From an uncultured Actinomycetes bacterium (GTDB lineage Bacteria > Actinomycetota > Thermoleophilia > Gaiellales > Gaiellaceae): 64,000 nt of DNA. The notes beneath the pieces were generated by a model, which did not search any database, was not told the DNA's origin, and saw only the letters and a program-made list of their open reading frames with translations. A program made the position numbers and the translations under genes. Where the stretch lies: contig CAWCCL010000013.1 of assembly GCA_963794055.1 (NCBI GenBank), positions 3,742-67,741 of the forward strand. The letters run 5' to 3'. Positions 1-7,244 of this stretch are shown in pieces (position 1 is the stretch's first letter; every line of letters starts with the position of its first letter).

Positions 1-276
1 GACGCGTCCGAAGACGTCAAATGGTTGGTGCTCAACGCCGAGGCGTGGACGTACCTCGACGCCACCGCGATCGACGTCCTGGCACGACTCCAGGTCGAGC
101 TCGAGCAGCGGGGCGTCGCGCTCTGCTTCGCCCGCCTGAAGGGGCGGCAGCGCGAGATCTTCGAGGAGACGGGCCTCACAGCGCAGATCGGGCCCGACCG
201 TCTCTTCCCCACGGTCCGGGCTGCAGTCGCGGCGTTCGAGTCACGGCCCCCCGAAGAATCCACCGAAGGAGACTGA
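1..276 (+). CDS. SulP-family transporter, C-terminal STAS domain (5' end outside the window)
   Basis: The frame is open from nt 1. The translation ...KWLVLNAEAWTYLDATAIDVLARLQVELEQRGVALCFARLKGRQREIFEETG... is a typical STAS tail. Stop TGA at 274-276. Confidence 0.7.
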   Translation, partial: DASEDVKWLVLNAEAWTYLDATAIDVLARLQVELEQRGVALCFARLKGRQREIFEETGLTAQIGPDRLFPTVRAAVAAFESRPPEESTEGD

Positions 277-279
277 GCG

Positions 280-1614
280 TTGGGCGGCTCGGGCCTTGTC
301 GCGATCGCGCTCCTAGTCCTCGCGTACTCGGCGGTCTCGCGACGGCTCTCGGGTTCGGTCATCACCGCTGCGATGGTGTTCGTCGCCGGCGGCATGCTGG
401 CGAGCGGCGACGCCCTCGGCTGGCTCGATCCGACGATCGACAGCGAATCCGTCCGCTGGGTCGCCGAGGCGACGCTGACGGTCGTCCTCTTCTCAGACGC
501 GTCACGCATCGACCTCGGGGCGCTCCGTCGCGAGTACGTCCTGCCGCTTCGCCTGCTCGCGATCGGGCTGCCGCTGACGATCGTGGCCGGTGCCCTCGCT
601 GGCGTCGCGGTGCTCGGAGAGCTCGCGTTCATCGAGGCCATCTTGCTCGCGATCGTGCTTGCCCCGACGGACGCCGCGCTGGGGCAGGCCGTCGTCACTG
701 ATCCCCACGTTCCTTCACGCGTTCGCCAAGGGCTCAACGTCGAGAGCGGGCTGAACGACGGCATCTGTGTACCGCTTCTCTTGATCGCGATCGCGATTGC
801 CGAGGCGGAAGAGGGCGTGATCGGAGACGGCGAGGCGTTCCGCCTCGTGCTCGAGGAGATCGGCTTCGGATGCGTCGGGGGCGTCGTGGCGGGCCTCGCA
901 GCCGCAGTCGTGATCAGGGTGGGTGTCCCGCGCCGCCTCGCCGATTCGACCTGGCTCCAGGTCGTCCCGGTCGCCGGAGCCGCGCTCGCCTACGGGCTGG
1001 CCGTGTGGCTGGGCGGCAGCGGGTTCATCGCTGCTTTCGTCGGAGGCGCCGTCTTCGGAGGGCTCCGCCGCGAGCTCGGAGGCGAGGTGACGCTCTTCCT
1101 CGAAGAGACGGGCGGCGTGCTGGGTGCGGTCACGTTCATCCTCTTCGGCGCCGTCATGCTCGTCCCGGTGCTCGACGATCTCACCGCCGACATCGTCCTG
1201 TACGCGCTCCTCAGCCTGACGGTCGTTCGCATGCTTCCCGTAGGCCTGGCGATGCTCGGATCCGGTGCCCGACCGCCGACGGTGGCCTTCCTCGGCTGGT
1301 TCGGGCCGCGTGGACTGGCGTCGATCGTGTTCGCCGTGATCCTCATCGAGGATGCCCACCTGGCGAACGAGCCAGTGCTACTGAACACGATCTTCCTCAC
1401 GATCGGGCTCTCGGTCCTTCTGCACGGCGTGACCGCAGCGCCGTTCGCGGGGCGCTACGCAGCGTGGTTCGCGGCCCACCCGCGCGATGCCGCGCCTCCG
1501 TTCGAGAGCGCGCCGGCGCCCGAACAGCGCCCGCACCGATGGGCGACCGGGCTACGGGATAAACGCCGGGACGCCGGGAACGCCGCTCATCGTGACGATG
1601 CGAGCAGGGACTAG
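280..1614 (+). CDS. Cation:proton antiporter (Na+/H+ exchanger, CPA1-type)
   Basis: 444-aa polytopic membrane ORF with a TTG start 4 nt after the upstream stop. It has hydrophobic helices throughout and the motif ...LAPTDAALGQAV..NVESGLNDG.... Confidence 0.75.
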   Translation: MGGSGLVAIALLVLAYSAVSRRLSGSVITAAMVFVAGGMLASGDALGWLDPTIDSESVRWVAEATLTVVLFSDASRIDLGALRREYVLPLRLLAIGLPLTIVAGALAGVAVLGELAFIEAILLAIVLAPTDAALGQAVVTDPHVPSRVRQGLNVESGLNDGICVPLLLIAIAIAEAEEGVIGDGEAFRLVLEEIGFGCVGGVVAGLAAAVVIRVGVPRRLADSTWLQVVPVAGAALAYGLAVWLGGSGFIAAFVGGAVFGGLRRELGGEVTLFLEETGGVLGAVTFILFGAVMLVPVLDDLTADIVLYALLSLTVVRMLPVGLAMLGSGARPPTVAFLGWFGPRGLASIVFAVILIEDAHLANEPVLLNTIFLTIGLSVLLHGVTAAPFAGRYAAWFAAHPRDAAPPFESAPAPEQRPHRWATGLRDKRRDAGNAAHRDDASRD

Positions 1615-1656
1615 GGGACGCGACCGAGGAGAGTTGGCTGTGACGGATCACCACCA

Positions 1657-1802
1657 CGGACGCGGCGGGAGTCGAACCCGCGCAAGATTTCAATCGCCCG
1701 TGCTGGGCCGAGCCCGCTGCGGCCCCACGATTCCACGGGGTCGCGCGATTGCCTGGTGCAGGCTCTCTCTGAAGGGCGAGTCCACCGCTAAGGGGCGAGC
1801 GC
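1657..1802 (-). ncRNA. tmRNA (ssrA)-like 3' tRNA-like domain fragment; no 5' partner found
   Basis: The minus strand reads GCGGG-TTCGACT-CCCGC (T-arm, 1665-1681). It is followed by a 7-nt acceptor 3' strand CGCGTCC (1658-1664) with U at the position-70 equivalent. Hairpins such as CCCCGTGGAATCGTGGGG precede it instead of an anticodon arm. A tag-end-like GCG CTC GCC CCT TAG (..FFALAP*) lies at 1788-1802. No CCA is encoded and no GGGG..TTCGAC 5' half is present. Confidence 0.35.
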
Positions 1803-1871
1803 AAAAAAACAGCTGTGGCCGCACGCGGCTCCCTACCCTCGCGGCGTCATCCGATCGGAAAGGAGCACCAG

Positions 1872-2132
1872 ATGGGAAGCAGTGCCCATATGAGTCACAT
1901 GGTGAGCGCACTCGCCGCACACGGAGAGGAACTCCGCGAGGAAACGTGGGAGGACGTCCCAGTGGTCGTAAAGGCGCTCGGCCCGAAGCTCGAGCTCGAG
2001 GCCGAGAGCGATGAGATCTCGCGTTGGCTCGTCTTCGAAGGTCCGGACGGAAAGCCTGAGCACCTAGCGCTCGCGCCGCTGACGATCTACGACCTCGAGC
2101 GCCGCTATCCGGACGAGATCGTTGCCGATTAG
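1872..2132 (+). CDS. Hypothetical small acidic protein (86 aa)
   Basis: ATG at 1872 is preceded by GGAAAGGAG (1858-1866). It is in frame with track ORF 1815..2132. G+C-rich third codon positions but no recognisable family. Confidence 0.5.
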   Translation: MGSSAHMSHMVSALAAHGEELREETWEDVPVVVKALGPKLELEAESDEISRWLVFEGPDGKPEHLALAPLTIYDLERRYPDEIVAD

Positions 2133-2156
2133 CGTGGTCGAAGACCGAGCGGCAGG

Positions 2157-2462
2157 TCAGGCCCGGCGTCGGTCGATGACGACGATGCCGGGTGCTCCGT
2201 GGGCTTGAAGCTCGATGCAGCTCGTGAACCTGTTGTCGAGCCAGACCGTCGGTGCCGCTTCTTCCTCCTCCATACCAAGGGCCGCGTAAATGCCAAGACC
2301 CTCGTGGCCGGCCTGCGCCTGCAGAAGCTCCCTTGCCTGCTCCTCACTGTCCGCGTGCACAACAGCCGCAAACACCTTGTCGTACCACGGCCGCCACGGG
2401 TTCGCGTCTCTATGCAGAATGCCCAGGCGCGGCGTCAGCAGCCAGAGTCGCGTGGCCGTCAT
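2157..2462 (-). CDS. Hypothetical protein (101 aa)
   Basis: Track ORF. Its start overlaps the upstream gene's stop by 4 nt (ATGA), which suggests a two-gene operon. No recognisable family. Confidence 0.5.
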   Translation of the reverse strand: MTATRLWLLTPRLGILHRDANPWRPWYDKVFAAVVHADSEEQARELLQAQAGHEGLGIYAALGMEEEEAAPTVWLDNRFTSCIELQAHGAPGIVVIDRRRA

Positions 2463-2878
2463 CGCTTTTCCTTAGCGACCATGACCCCGTACGGCCGGCG
2501 CCTAGCCGGTCCGTAGGCGAGCCTCCCCGCGAGACGTATGAGGGTCGTTACTTCGCCGCGGGCGAGGTCGAGCTCCTCTGCCCAGGCGAGGAGATCGTCG
2601 AACTCGATCCGCCCGTGCGCATATGCGGTCGCTAGCGCGCTGAGGACAACCTCGCGGGGCTGCGGCTCTACCGCGAGCGGGGAACGACGCTCCGCGCGCC
2701 GCGCGAAGTTGTCTTCCTCGAAGCTGTCGCTGCCGAAGACGTTCACCAGCTCGCGGCGCTCGATGCCGAGATCGGCTGCCCAGAAGGTCATCTCCTCATA
2801 GTCGATATGCCCGCTCCGGTGGGCGTACGCGAGCACGATGACGCAGGGATCGGGTTGGTCAGATGCGCTCATTGTCAT
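2459..2878 (-). CDS. Hypothetical protein with an internal two-fold repeat (139 aa)
   Basis: ATG at 2878 is preceded by GAGGAAGGAG. Two related about 35-aa modules are present: AYAHRSGHIDYEEMTFWAADLGIERRELV and AYAHGRIEFDDLLAWAEELDLARGEVTTL. Confidence 0.55.
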   Translation of the reverse strand: MTMSASDQPDPCVIVLAYAHRSGHIDYEEMTFWAADLGIERRELVNVFGSDSFEEDNFARRAERRSPLAVEPQPREVVLSALATAYAHGRIEFDDLLAWAEELDLARGEVTTLIRLAGRLAYGPARRRPYGVMVAKEKR

Positions 2879-2933
2879 TGCTCCTTCCTCGATCTAGGGT
2901 CGCGCCAGGCCTAGGACCGAGGCGGCCGCAAGC

Positions 2934-3021
2934 GGTCCCTCGTTCGAGGGACCAGCCCCCTTCCAAGGGCGCTCAAACGCGCATCCAGCCAAGGGAAGTC
3001 AAGTTCCCTCGAACGAGGGAC
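2934..3021. repeat. Inverted pair of 20-nt hairpin units
   Basis: GGTCCCTCGTTCGAGGGACC (2934-2953) and GTTCCCTCGAACGAGGGAC (3003-3021). The second is the reverse complement of the first with one mismatch. The hairpin AGGGAAGTCAAGTTCCCT overlaps it as an alternative pairing. Confidence 0.7.
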
Positions 3022-3169
3022 CCAGCCAGCGAAATTCGAAGGAAACGCCTCGCCAGGGGCTGGAAGACGACCGCTTGTGCTTCCCGCCGAAGGCTCAATA
3101 ATCGGGTCGTCGACGTCCGAGACTCTGTCGCAGGCGACAACCGGGCCAGTGCCCACTCGGCGCCTCCAT

Positions 3170-3193
3170 GCACGCACGGTCGCACGCACGGTC
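3170..3193. repeat. Perfect 12-nt tandem duplication
   Basis: GCACGCACGGTC GCACGCACGGTC, read directly from the sequence. Confidence 0.9.
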
Positions 3194-3630
3194 GACGGCG
3201 CGCACAGGTGCCTCTTGATGCTCCCCGAGCGGTCCGCGAGAGCAGCGCCAGCCAGCAAGGAACCGTCATTCCATGCGGGCTAGGCCATTAGGGCAAAACC
3301 CACGAAAGGAGTCCGCCGGTACGCCAACATACCGAGGTTGCAAGTCGTGCGGCGGACAGTTCAGCCGACCTACGAATGGCAACTTCCTGAGCGCCCGAAG
3401 CACCGCTGAGCGTATGCCACCTCGACCCAAGGTGCATGTCCGGAACCACGCTTGCAGCTTCCGTGCGAACGCGATGGCAACGACTTGAGAGGAACGTGCA
3501 AGTTCAGATGGCGAAGTGGCCGGTAGGCCTGGCGAACGTCCCCTCCTTCAGCACCGAACGCGGCCCGAGGGTCATACCCGAGCAAGCGTCCGGTACAAGA
3601 TTGGGACAAACTTTTTCCCGAGCACAATCC

Positions 3631-3666
3631 GCCCGAAAGGAAAAGGCCCCGCTCTGCAGGGCCTTT
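3631..3666 (-). terminator. Rho-independent terminator downstream of tRNA-fMet
   Basis: Stem AAAGGCCC/GGGCCTTT (3642-3649 and 3659-3666) with a 9-nt loop. On the minus strand it is followed by TTTTCCTTT. Confidence 0.6.
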
Positions 3667-3671
3667 CTCAG

Positions 3672-3745
3672 TAGCGGGGGCAGGATTTGAACCTGCGACC
3701 TCCGGGTTATGAGCCCGGCGAGCTACCTGACTGCTCCACCCCGCG
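3672..3745 (-). tRNA. Initiator tRNA-fMet (anticodon CAT)
   Basis: The minus strand reads CGCGGGGTGGAGCAGTCAGGTAGCTCGCCGGGCTCATAACCCGGAGGTCGCAGGTTCAAATCCTGCCCCCGCTA. It has a C1 mismatch at the top of the acceptor stem and three G-C pairs closing the anticodon stem, very like E. coli tRNA-fMet. CCA is not encoded. Confidence 0.93.
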
Positions 3746-3774
3746 GCGCAGGCGCAAGGATAGCATCAGGCCCT

Positions 3775-4095
3775 ATGCCCTGGTGGACCTGGCTCGCCTT
3801 CGGGATCTTCCTGCTTGCGGTGGTCGCGGCGGCGGTCTTCTCCGTCTTCGCCTTCCGCCGGCTGAAGCTACTCGCGGCCGCGGCCGAGGGGATCCAGGCC
3901 CGGCTCGACGACGTCGCACGCTCCGCGGAGGAGATGGAGCGGCGGATGGAGCGCACGCAGAAGCGGATGGAGGAGCTCGAGCGCCACCGAGCCCGGCTCG
4001 ACGCCTCGGTCGCGCGGCTCAAGGTCCTGACCTCCGCCCTCTCCGAGGCCCGCGGCGGCGTTACGCGCCTGCAGAAGCGCTACCTTCGCAAGTGA
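3775..4095 (+). CDS. Membrane-anchored coiled-coil protein
   Basis: ATG at 3775 lies after the tRNA; the longer track start at 3709 would overlap the tRNA. N-terminal TM segment WWTWLAFGIFLLAVVAAAVFSVFAF, then heptad-like charged repeats. Confidence 0.55.
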   Translation: MPWWTWLAFGIFLLAVVAAAVFSVFAFRRLKLLAAAAEGIQARLDDVARSAEEMERRMERTQKRMEELERHRARLDASVARLKVLTSALSEARGGVTRLQKRYLRK

Positions 4096-5024
4096 CCCGC
4101 GTCGGGGTCGTCGATCTGGGGACGAACTCGACGCGCCTGCTCGTCGCGGACGTCGAGGAGGGCGCCGTGCGCGAGGTCGAGCGCCGGCTGACGATCACCC
4201 GGCTCGGTGAGGGCGTCGACGAGCGGCGCATCCTCCTCCCCACCGCGCTCGCCCGCGTCCGCAACGCCCTCGCCGACTACCGGCGCGTGCTCGAGGCAAG
4301 CGGGGCCGAGCGCACGCTCGCGGTCGCGACGAGCGCAGTGCGCGACGCCGAAAACGGCGAGGCCTTCCTCGGCGAGGTCGAGTGGAGCTACGGCTTCGAG
4401 ACGCGGCTCCTTACCGGGGACGAGGAGGCGGTCATGACCCTGCAGGGCGTGGCCGGCGGGCGTGCGCCGGCGCCCGGGACGATGGTCGTCGACGTGGGCG
4501 GCGGCTCCACGGAGCTCGTCCTCGCCGACTGGCACAGGAGCCTCGACCTCGGGTGCGTCCGCCTGACCGAGCGCTTTCTCCACTCGGATCCGCCGTATCC
4601 GGCGGAGCTCGCCGCCTGCCGCGGGCACATCCGGGCGCTGCTGCCCGCGGAGCCGGCGCCGACCCGGGCGATCGGCGTCGCCGGGACCGTGACGACGCTG
4701 GCAGTCCTTTCCCTCGGGCTCGACGAAGAGGACGTTGCGCTCCTGCACGGGCACACGATGAGCCGGGAGTGGATCGAGGCGGAGGTCGCGCGGCTCGCGG
4801 CGCTGCCGGTGGCGGGGCTCCAGGCCCTCCGGGGAATGCACCCCGATCGGGCGCCGGTGATCGTCGCCGGCGGCCTCGTGCTCGTCGAGACGCTCCGCCG
4901 TTACGGCCTCGACGAGCTCGAGGTGAGCGAGCGCGACCTCATGCACGGCGCCGCGCTGGCGGCCGCCGAGCTGCCCGCACGCGCCGAGGGCCCCGCGCCC
5001 CCGGGCGCCTACACCTGCTGCTAG
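4092..5024 (+). CDS. ppx: Ppx/GppA-family phosphatase (exopolyphosphatase-like)
   Basis: GTG at 4092 overlaps the upstream TGA (GTGA). N-terminus VGVVDLGTNSTRLLVADV, plus VDVGGGSTEL motifs of the ASKHA/Ppx-GppA fold. Confidence 0.8.
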   Translation: MTRVGVVDLGTNSTRLLVADVEEGAVREVERRLTITRLGEGVDERRILLPTALARVRNALADYRRVLEASGAERTLAVATSAVRDAENGEAFLGEVEWSYGFETRLLTGDEEAVMTLQGVAGGRAPAPGTMVVDVGGGSTELVLADWHRSLDLGCVRLTERFLHSDPPYPAELAACRGHIRALLPAEPAPTRAIGVAGTVTTLAVLSLGLDEEDVALLHGHTMSREWIEAEVARLAALPVAGLQALRGMHPDRAPVIVAGGLVLVETLRRYGLDELEVSERDLMHGAALAAAELPARAEGPAPPGAYTCC

Positions 5025-5191
5025 GGAGGGCTTGGCGAAACGCAGACTGTGCCGCCGGGCCGCGCTGCTCGCCCGGAGGCTGCGTCACTCAGTCGCGCCC
5101 GTAGCCTCCGGCTACGAGCGCTCCCTGCGTCCTTACCTCGGAACGACCATCGCACCCCGGCGACGAGCGACGTTCCGCCAATCCCTCCTAG
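5021..5191. mobile_element. MITE-like element, copy A (171 bp, CTAG-bounded, about 20-bp terminal inverted repeats)
   Basis: The left end CTAGGGAGGGCTTGGCGAAACG matches the reverse complement of the right end, CTAGGAGGGATTGGCGGAACG. It is near-identical to 12343-12511. Internal hairpins include GTAGCC-TCC-GGCTAC. Its ends overlap the stops of ppx (+) and the CBS gene (-). Confidence 0.8.
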
Positions 5192-5586
5192 TCCTCCTCG
5201 AGCGGCGGCGGCGGCTCGTCCTCGGCCAGCCGGCGCACGACCGGCTCGCGCGGCAGGATGCCGAGCAGGCGGCCGTCCTCGACCACGGCCAGCCGTTCGA
5301 GGCCGGCCTCGCCCATCAGGATGAGCGCCTCGTCCAGCGCGGTCTCCGGCCCGACTGCCGGCACGTCGGGGTCGGCGAGGTCGCCCGCCGTCAGCTCCCT
5401 CAGGTCGCGGCCCTCCGCGACCGCGGCGACGATCGTCTCCTCCGTCACGGAGCCGACCAGCCGGTCCCCGTCGGTGACGAGGACGCTGACCACATGCGGC
5501 TTCGCGAGCACTGCCGCGGCCTCCCGCGCCGGCGCGTCAGTCTGCAGCACGCGCGGGTCGGCGACCAGCGCCTCACGGACGATCAC
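5188..5586 (-). CDS. CBS-domain pair protein
   Basis: GTG at 5586 overlaps the gdh stop (GTGA). The sequence ...VLVTDGDRLVGSVTEETIV...ALILMGEAGLERLAVVEDGRLLGILP is typical of tandem CBS domains. Stop TAG is formed by the MITE end. Confidence 0.7.
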   Translation of the reverse strand: MIVREALVADPRVLQTDAPAREAAAVLAKPHVVSVLVTDGDRLVGSVTEETIVAAVAEGRDLRELTAGDLADPDVPAVGPETALDEALILMGEAGLERLAVVEDGRLLGILPREPVVRRLAEDEPPPPLEED

Positions 5587-6881
5587 GGGTGGATTCCTCG
5601 CGCGCGGAGCGCGGCGGCCACCTCGCGGATGGAGAGCACGAGCGCCGCGCGCCGGAACGACAGTGACTCGCCCTCGGCGAGGCGCCAGACGCGGTCGAGG
5701 GCACCGCGCATGAGGTCGCCGAGGCGCACGCGGATCTCCTCCGCGCTCCAGAAGAGCCGTTGGATGTCCTGCACCCACTCGAAGTACGAGACCGCGACGC
5801 CGCCCGCGTTGGCGAGGATGTCGGGGAGAACGGGGATACCGCGCTCGGCCAGGATCTCGTCGGCCTCGAGCGTCGTCGGCCCGTTCGCCCCCTCCACGAT
5901 CAGCCGCGCCGAGACCCGTGCCGCGTTCTCGCCGGTGACCTGGTTCTCGGCGGCCGCGAGGACGAGGACGTCGCAGGGGAGCCCGAGCAGCTGGGCGTTC
6001 GTGACCTCCTCCGCGTCGGGGAAGCCGGCGAGGCCGCCGTGCTCGCGGCGCCACGCCTCCACCCGGTCGAGGTCGAGCCCGCGCGGGTCGTGGACACCCC
6101 CGGCGAGGTCGGAGATCGCGATCACGCGCGCCCCGCGCGCAGCGAGCTCCCGGGCGGCGACGCCGCCGACCTTTCCGCTCCCCTGCACGACGCACGCGGC
6201 GCCGGAGAGCGACCAGCCGAGCCGGCTCACGGCCTCCTCGACGACCATCACGACGCCGATGCCGGTCGCTTCCGGGCGAAGGGCCGAACCGCCGACGGAG
6301 AGTGGCTTCCCGGTCACGATCTCCGGGACGGCGTGGCCGACCTGCATCGAGTAGGTGTCCATCATCCACGCCATCGTCTGCTCGTCTGTCGCCATGTCGG
6401 GCGCCGGGATGTCGCGCTGCGGGCCGATGATGGGCAGGAGCTCGGCCGTGAAGCGGCGCGTCAGCCGCTCGAGCTCCGCGCGGGAGAGGTCGCGCGGCTC
6501 GCAGCGCACGCCGCCCTTCGCGCCGCCGTAGGGGAGCCGCAGCAGCGCGCACTTCCACGTCATCCACATGGCCAGCGCGGCGCACTCACCCAGCGTGACG
6601 GCGGCGTCGTAGCGGACCCCGCCCTTCGTCGGGCCGAGCACGGACGAATGCTGCACGCGGTAGCCGGGGAAGACTGCAACGGAGCCGTCGTCCCGCTTCA
6701 TGGGGACGGTCACGGCCAGCGAGCGCTCGGGCAGGCGCAGGACGTCGGCGTAGCCCTCCACGGCGCCGGCGCGCTCCGCCACCTGGTCGAACTGGCCGAC
6801 GGCCTGGTGGAAGAGCGGGTCGTCGAGCTCCGGCGGCAGCTCGCCTGCCGGAGCGCCCGCCGAGGTGTCGGCCGTGCTCAC
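5583..6881 (-). CDS. gdh: Glutamate dehydrogenase (Glu/Leu/Phe/Val dehydrogenase family)
   Basis: 432 aa with LPYGGAKGG, a GxGxVG dinucleotide fold (VQGSGKVGG) and EGANGPTT. Confidence 0.9.
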   Translation of the reverse strand: MSTADTSAGAPAGELPPELDDPLFHQAVGQFDQVAERAGAVEGYADVLRLPERSLAVTVPMKRDDGSVAVFPGYRVQHSSVLGPTKGGVRYDAAVTLGECAALAMWMTWKCALLRLPYGGAKGGVRCEPRDLSRAELERLTRRFTAELLPIIGPQRDIPAPDMATDEQTMAWMMDTYSMQVGHAVPEIVTGKPLSVGGSALRPEATGIGVVMVVEEAVSRLGWSLSGAACVVQGSGKVGGVAARELAARGARVIAISDLAGGVHDPRGLDLDRVEAWRREHGGLAGFPDAEEVTNAQLLGLPCDVLVLAAAENQVTGENAARVSARLIVEGANGPTTLEADEILAERGIPVLPDILANAGGVAVSYFEWVQDIQRLFWSAEEIRVRLGDLMRGALDRVWRLAEGESLSFRRAALVLSIREVAAALRARGIHP

Positions 6882-6890
6882 CGCAGGAGT

Positions 6891-7214
6891 CTACGCCGCG
6901 CGCTCGACCACGAGCGTGAGCCCGTCCAGCTCAAGGACGCGCACCTGCTCGTCGACGTCGGCGCCGTCGTCGCACCGTGCGCGCCAGAGCTCCCCCTGCA
7001 GCCGCACCTGCCCCTCGGGCATGCACGGCGTCACGACCAGGCCGACCGCGCCAACCAGCGTCTCGGGGCCCATCTGGACGCGCCTGCGGCGCGAGTACCG
7101 GATCCAGAAGGCCGTCTCAGCCACCTCGATGACCGCCGCGAGGAGCACGACCGGCACCGCCCACTCGGGTGGGAGGACGAAGACGGCGAGGAGAATCGCG
7201 CCGAGAAAGAGCAT
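6891..7214 (-). CDS. NfeD-family membrane protein
   Basis: Two N-terminal TM helices, then a C-terminal OB-like segment GxVRLQGELWRARC..G..VRVLELDGLTLVV. Confidence 0.55.
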   Translation of the reverse strand: MLFLGAILLAVFVLPPEWAVPVVLLAAVIEVAETAFWIRYSRRRRVQMGPETLVGAVGLVVTPCMPEGQVRLQGELWRARCDDGADVDEQVRVLELDGLTLVVERAA

Positions 7215-7244
7215 CGGCGCGATTCTCCCCGTTCGTCGTTCGCG

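Larger units (their letters stand above)
2879..3630. other. About 750-bp ORF-free, lower-GC, hairpin-rich region (candidate structured RNA, long leader or decayed element)
   Basis: No protein-like ORF in any frame. Hand-counted G+C is about 57-65% per 60-nt line, against about 80% in flanking genes. Several mutually exclusive hairpins and short repeats are present. Confidence 0.4.

Noticed and set aside
1650-2050. A complete tmRNA gene
   Set aside because: Only the 3' T-arm/acceptor strand and a tag-end-like string are present. There is no GGGG..TTCGAC 5' domain, the best 5' acceptor candidates pair at only 6 of 7 positions and give A3:U70 rather than G3:U70, no CCA is encoded, and the region is occupied by an ORF with a strong RBS.
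2934-3193. CRISPR array or type III toxin-antitoxin RNA repeats
   Set aside because: There are only two hairpin units in opposite orientation and one 12-nt doublet. There is no regular repeat-spacer periodicity and there are no cas or toxN-like genes.
3409-3447. Group II intron domain V (GAGCGTATGCC...GGTGCATGTCCGGAAC)
   Set aside because: An AGC triad and a rough resemblance exist. However, the lower helix has about 3 mismatches, the loop is 9 nt rather than a GNRA tetraloop, there is no GUGYG 5' end in a suitable position, and there is no IEP/RT ORF.
2879-3630. RNase P RNA, SRP RNA or 6S RNA in the ORF-free region
   Set aside because: I could not find the universally conserved RNase P strings (GAGGAAAGUCCGG, ACAGAA..) or the SRP GGAA/AGCAGCC helix-8 motif on either strand.
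3709-4095. Longer version of the coiled-coil gene starting at 3709
   Set aside because: It would overlap the tRNA-fMet gene (3672-3745). The ATG at 3775 starts right at the TM segment.
5032-5190. Protein-coding potential inside the MITE (start of track ORF 5032..6354)
   Set aside because: The ORF runs through a repeated non-coding element and then antisense to the CBS and gdh genes. The same sequence in copy B is in a different ORF context.
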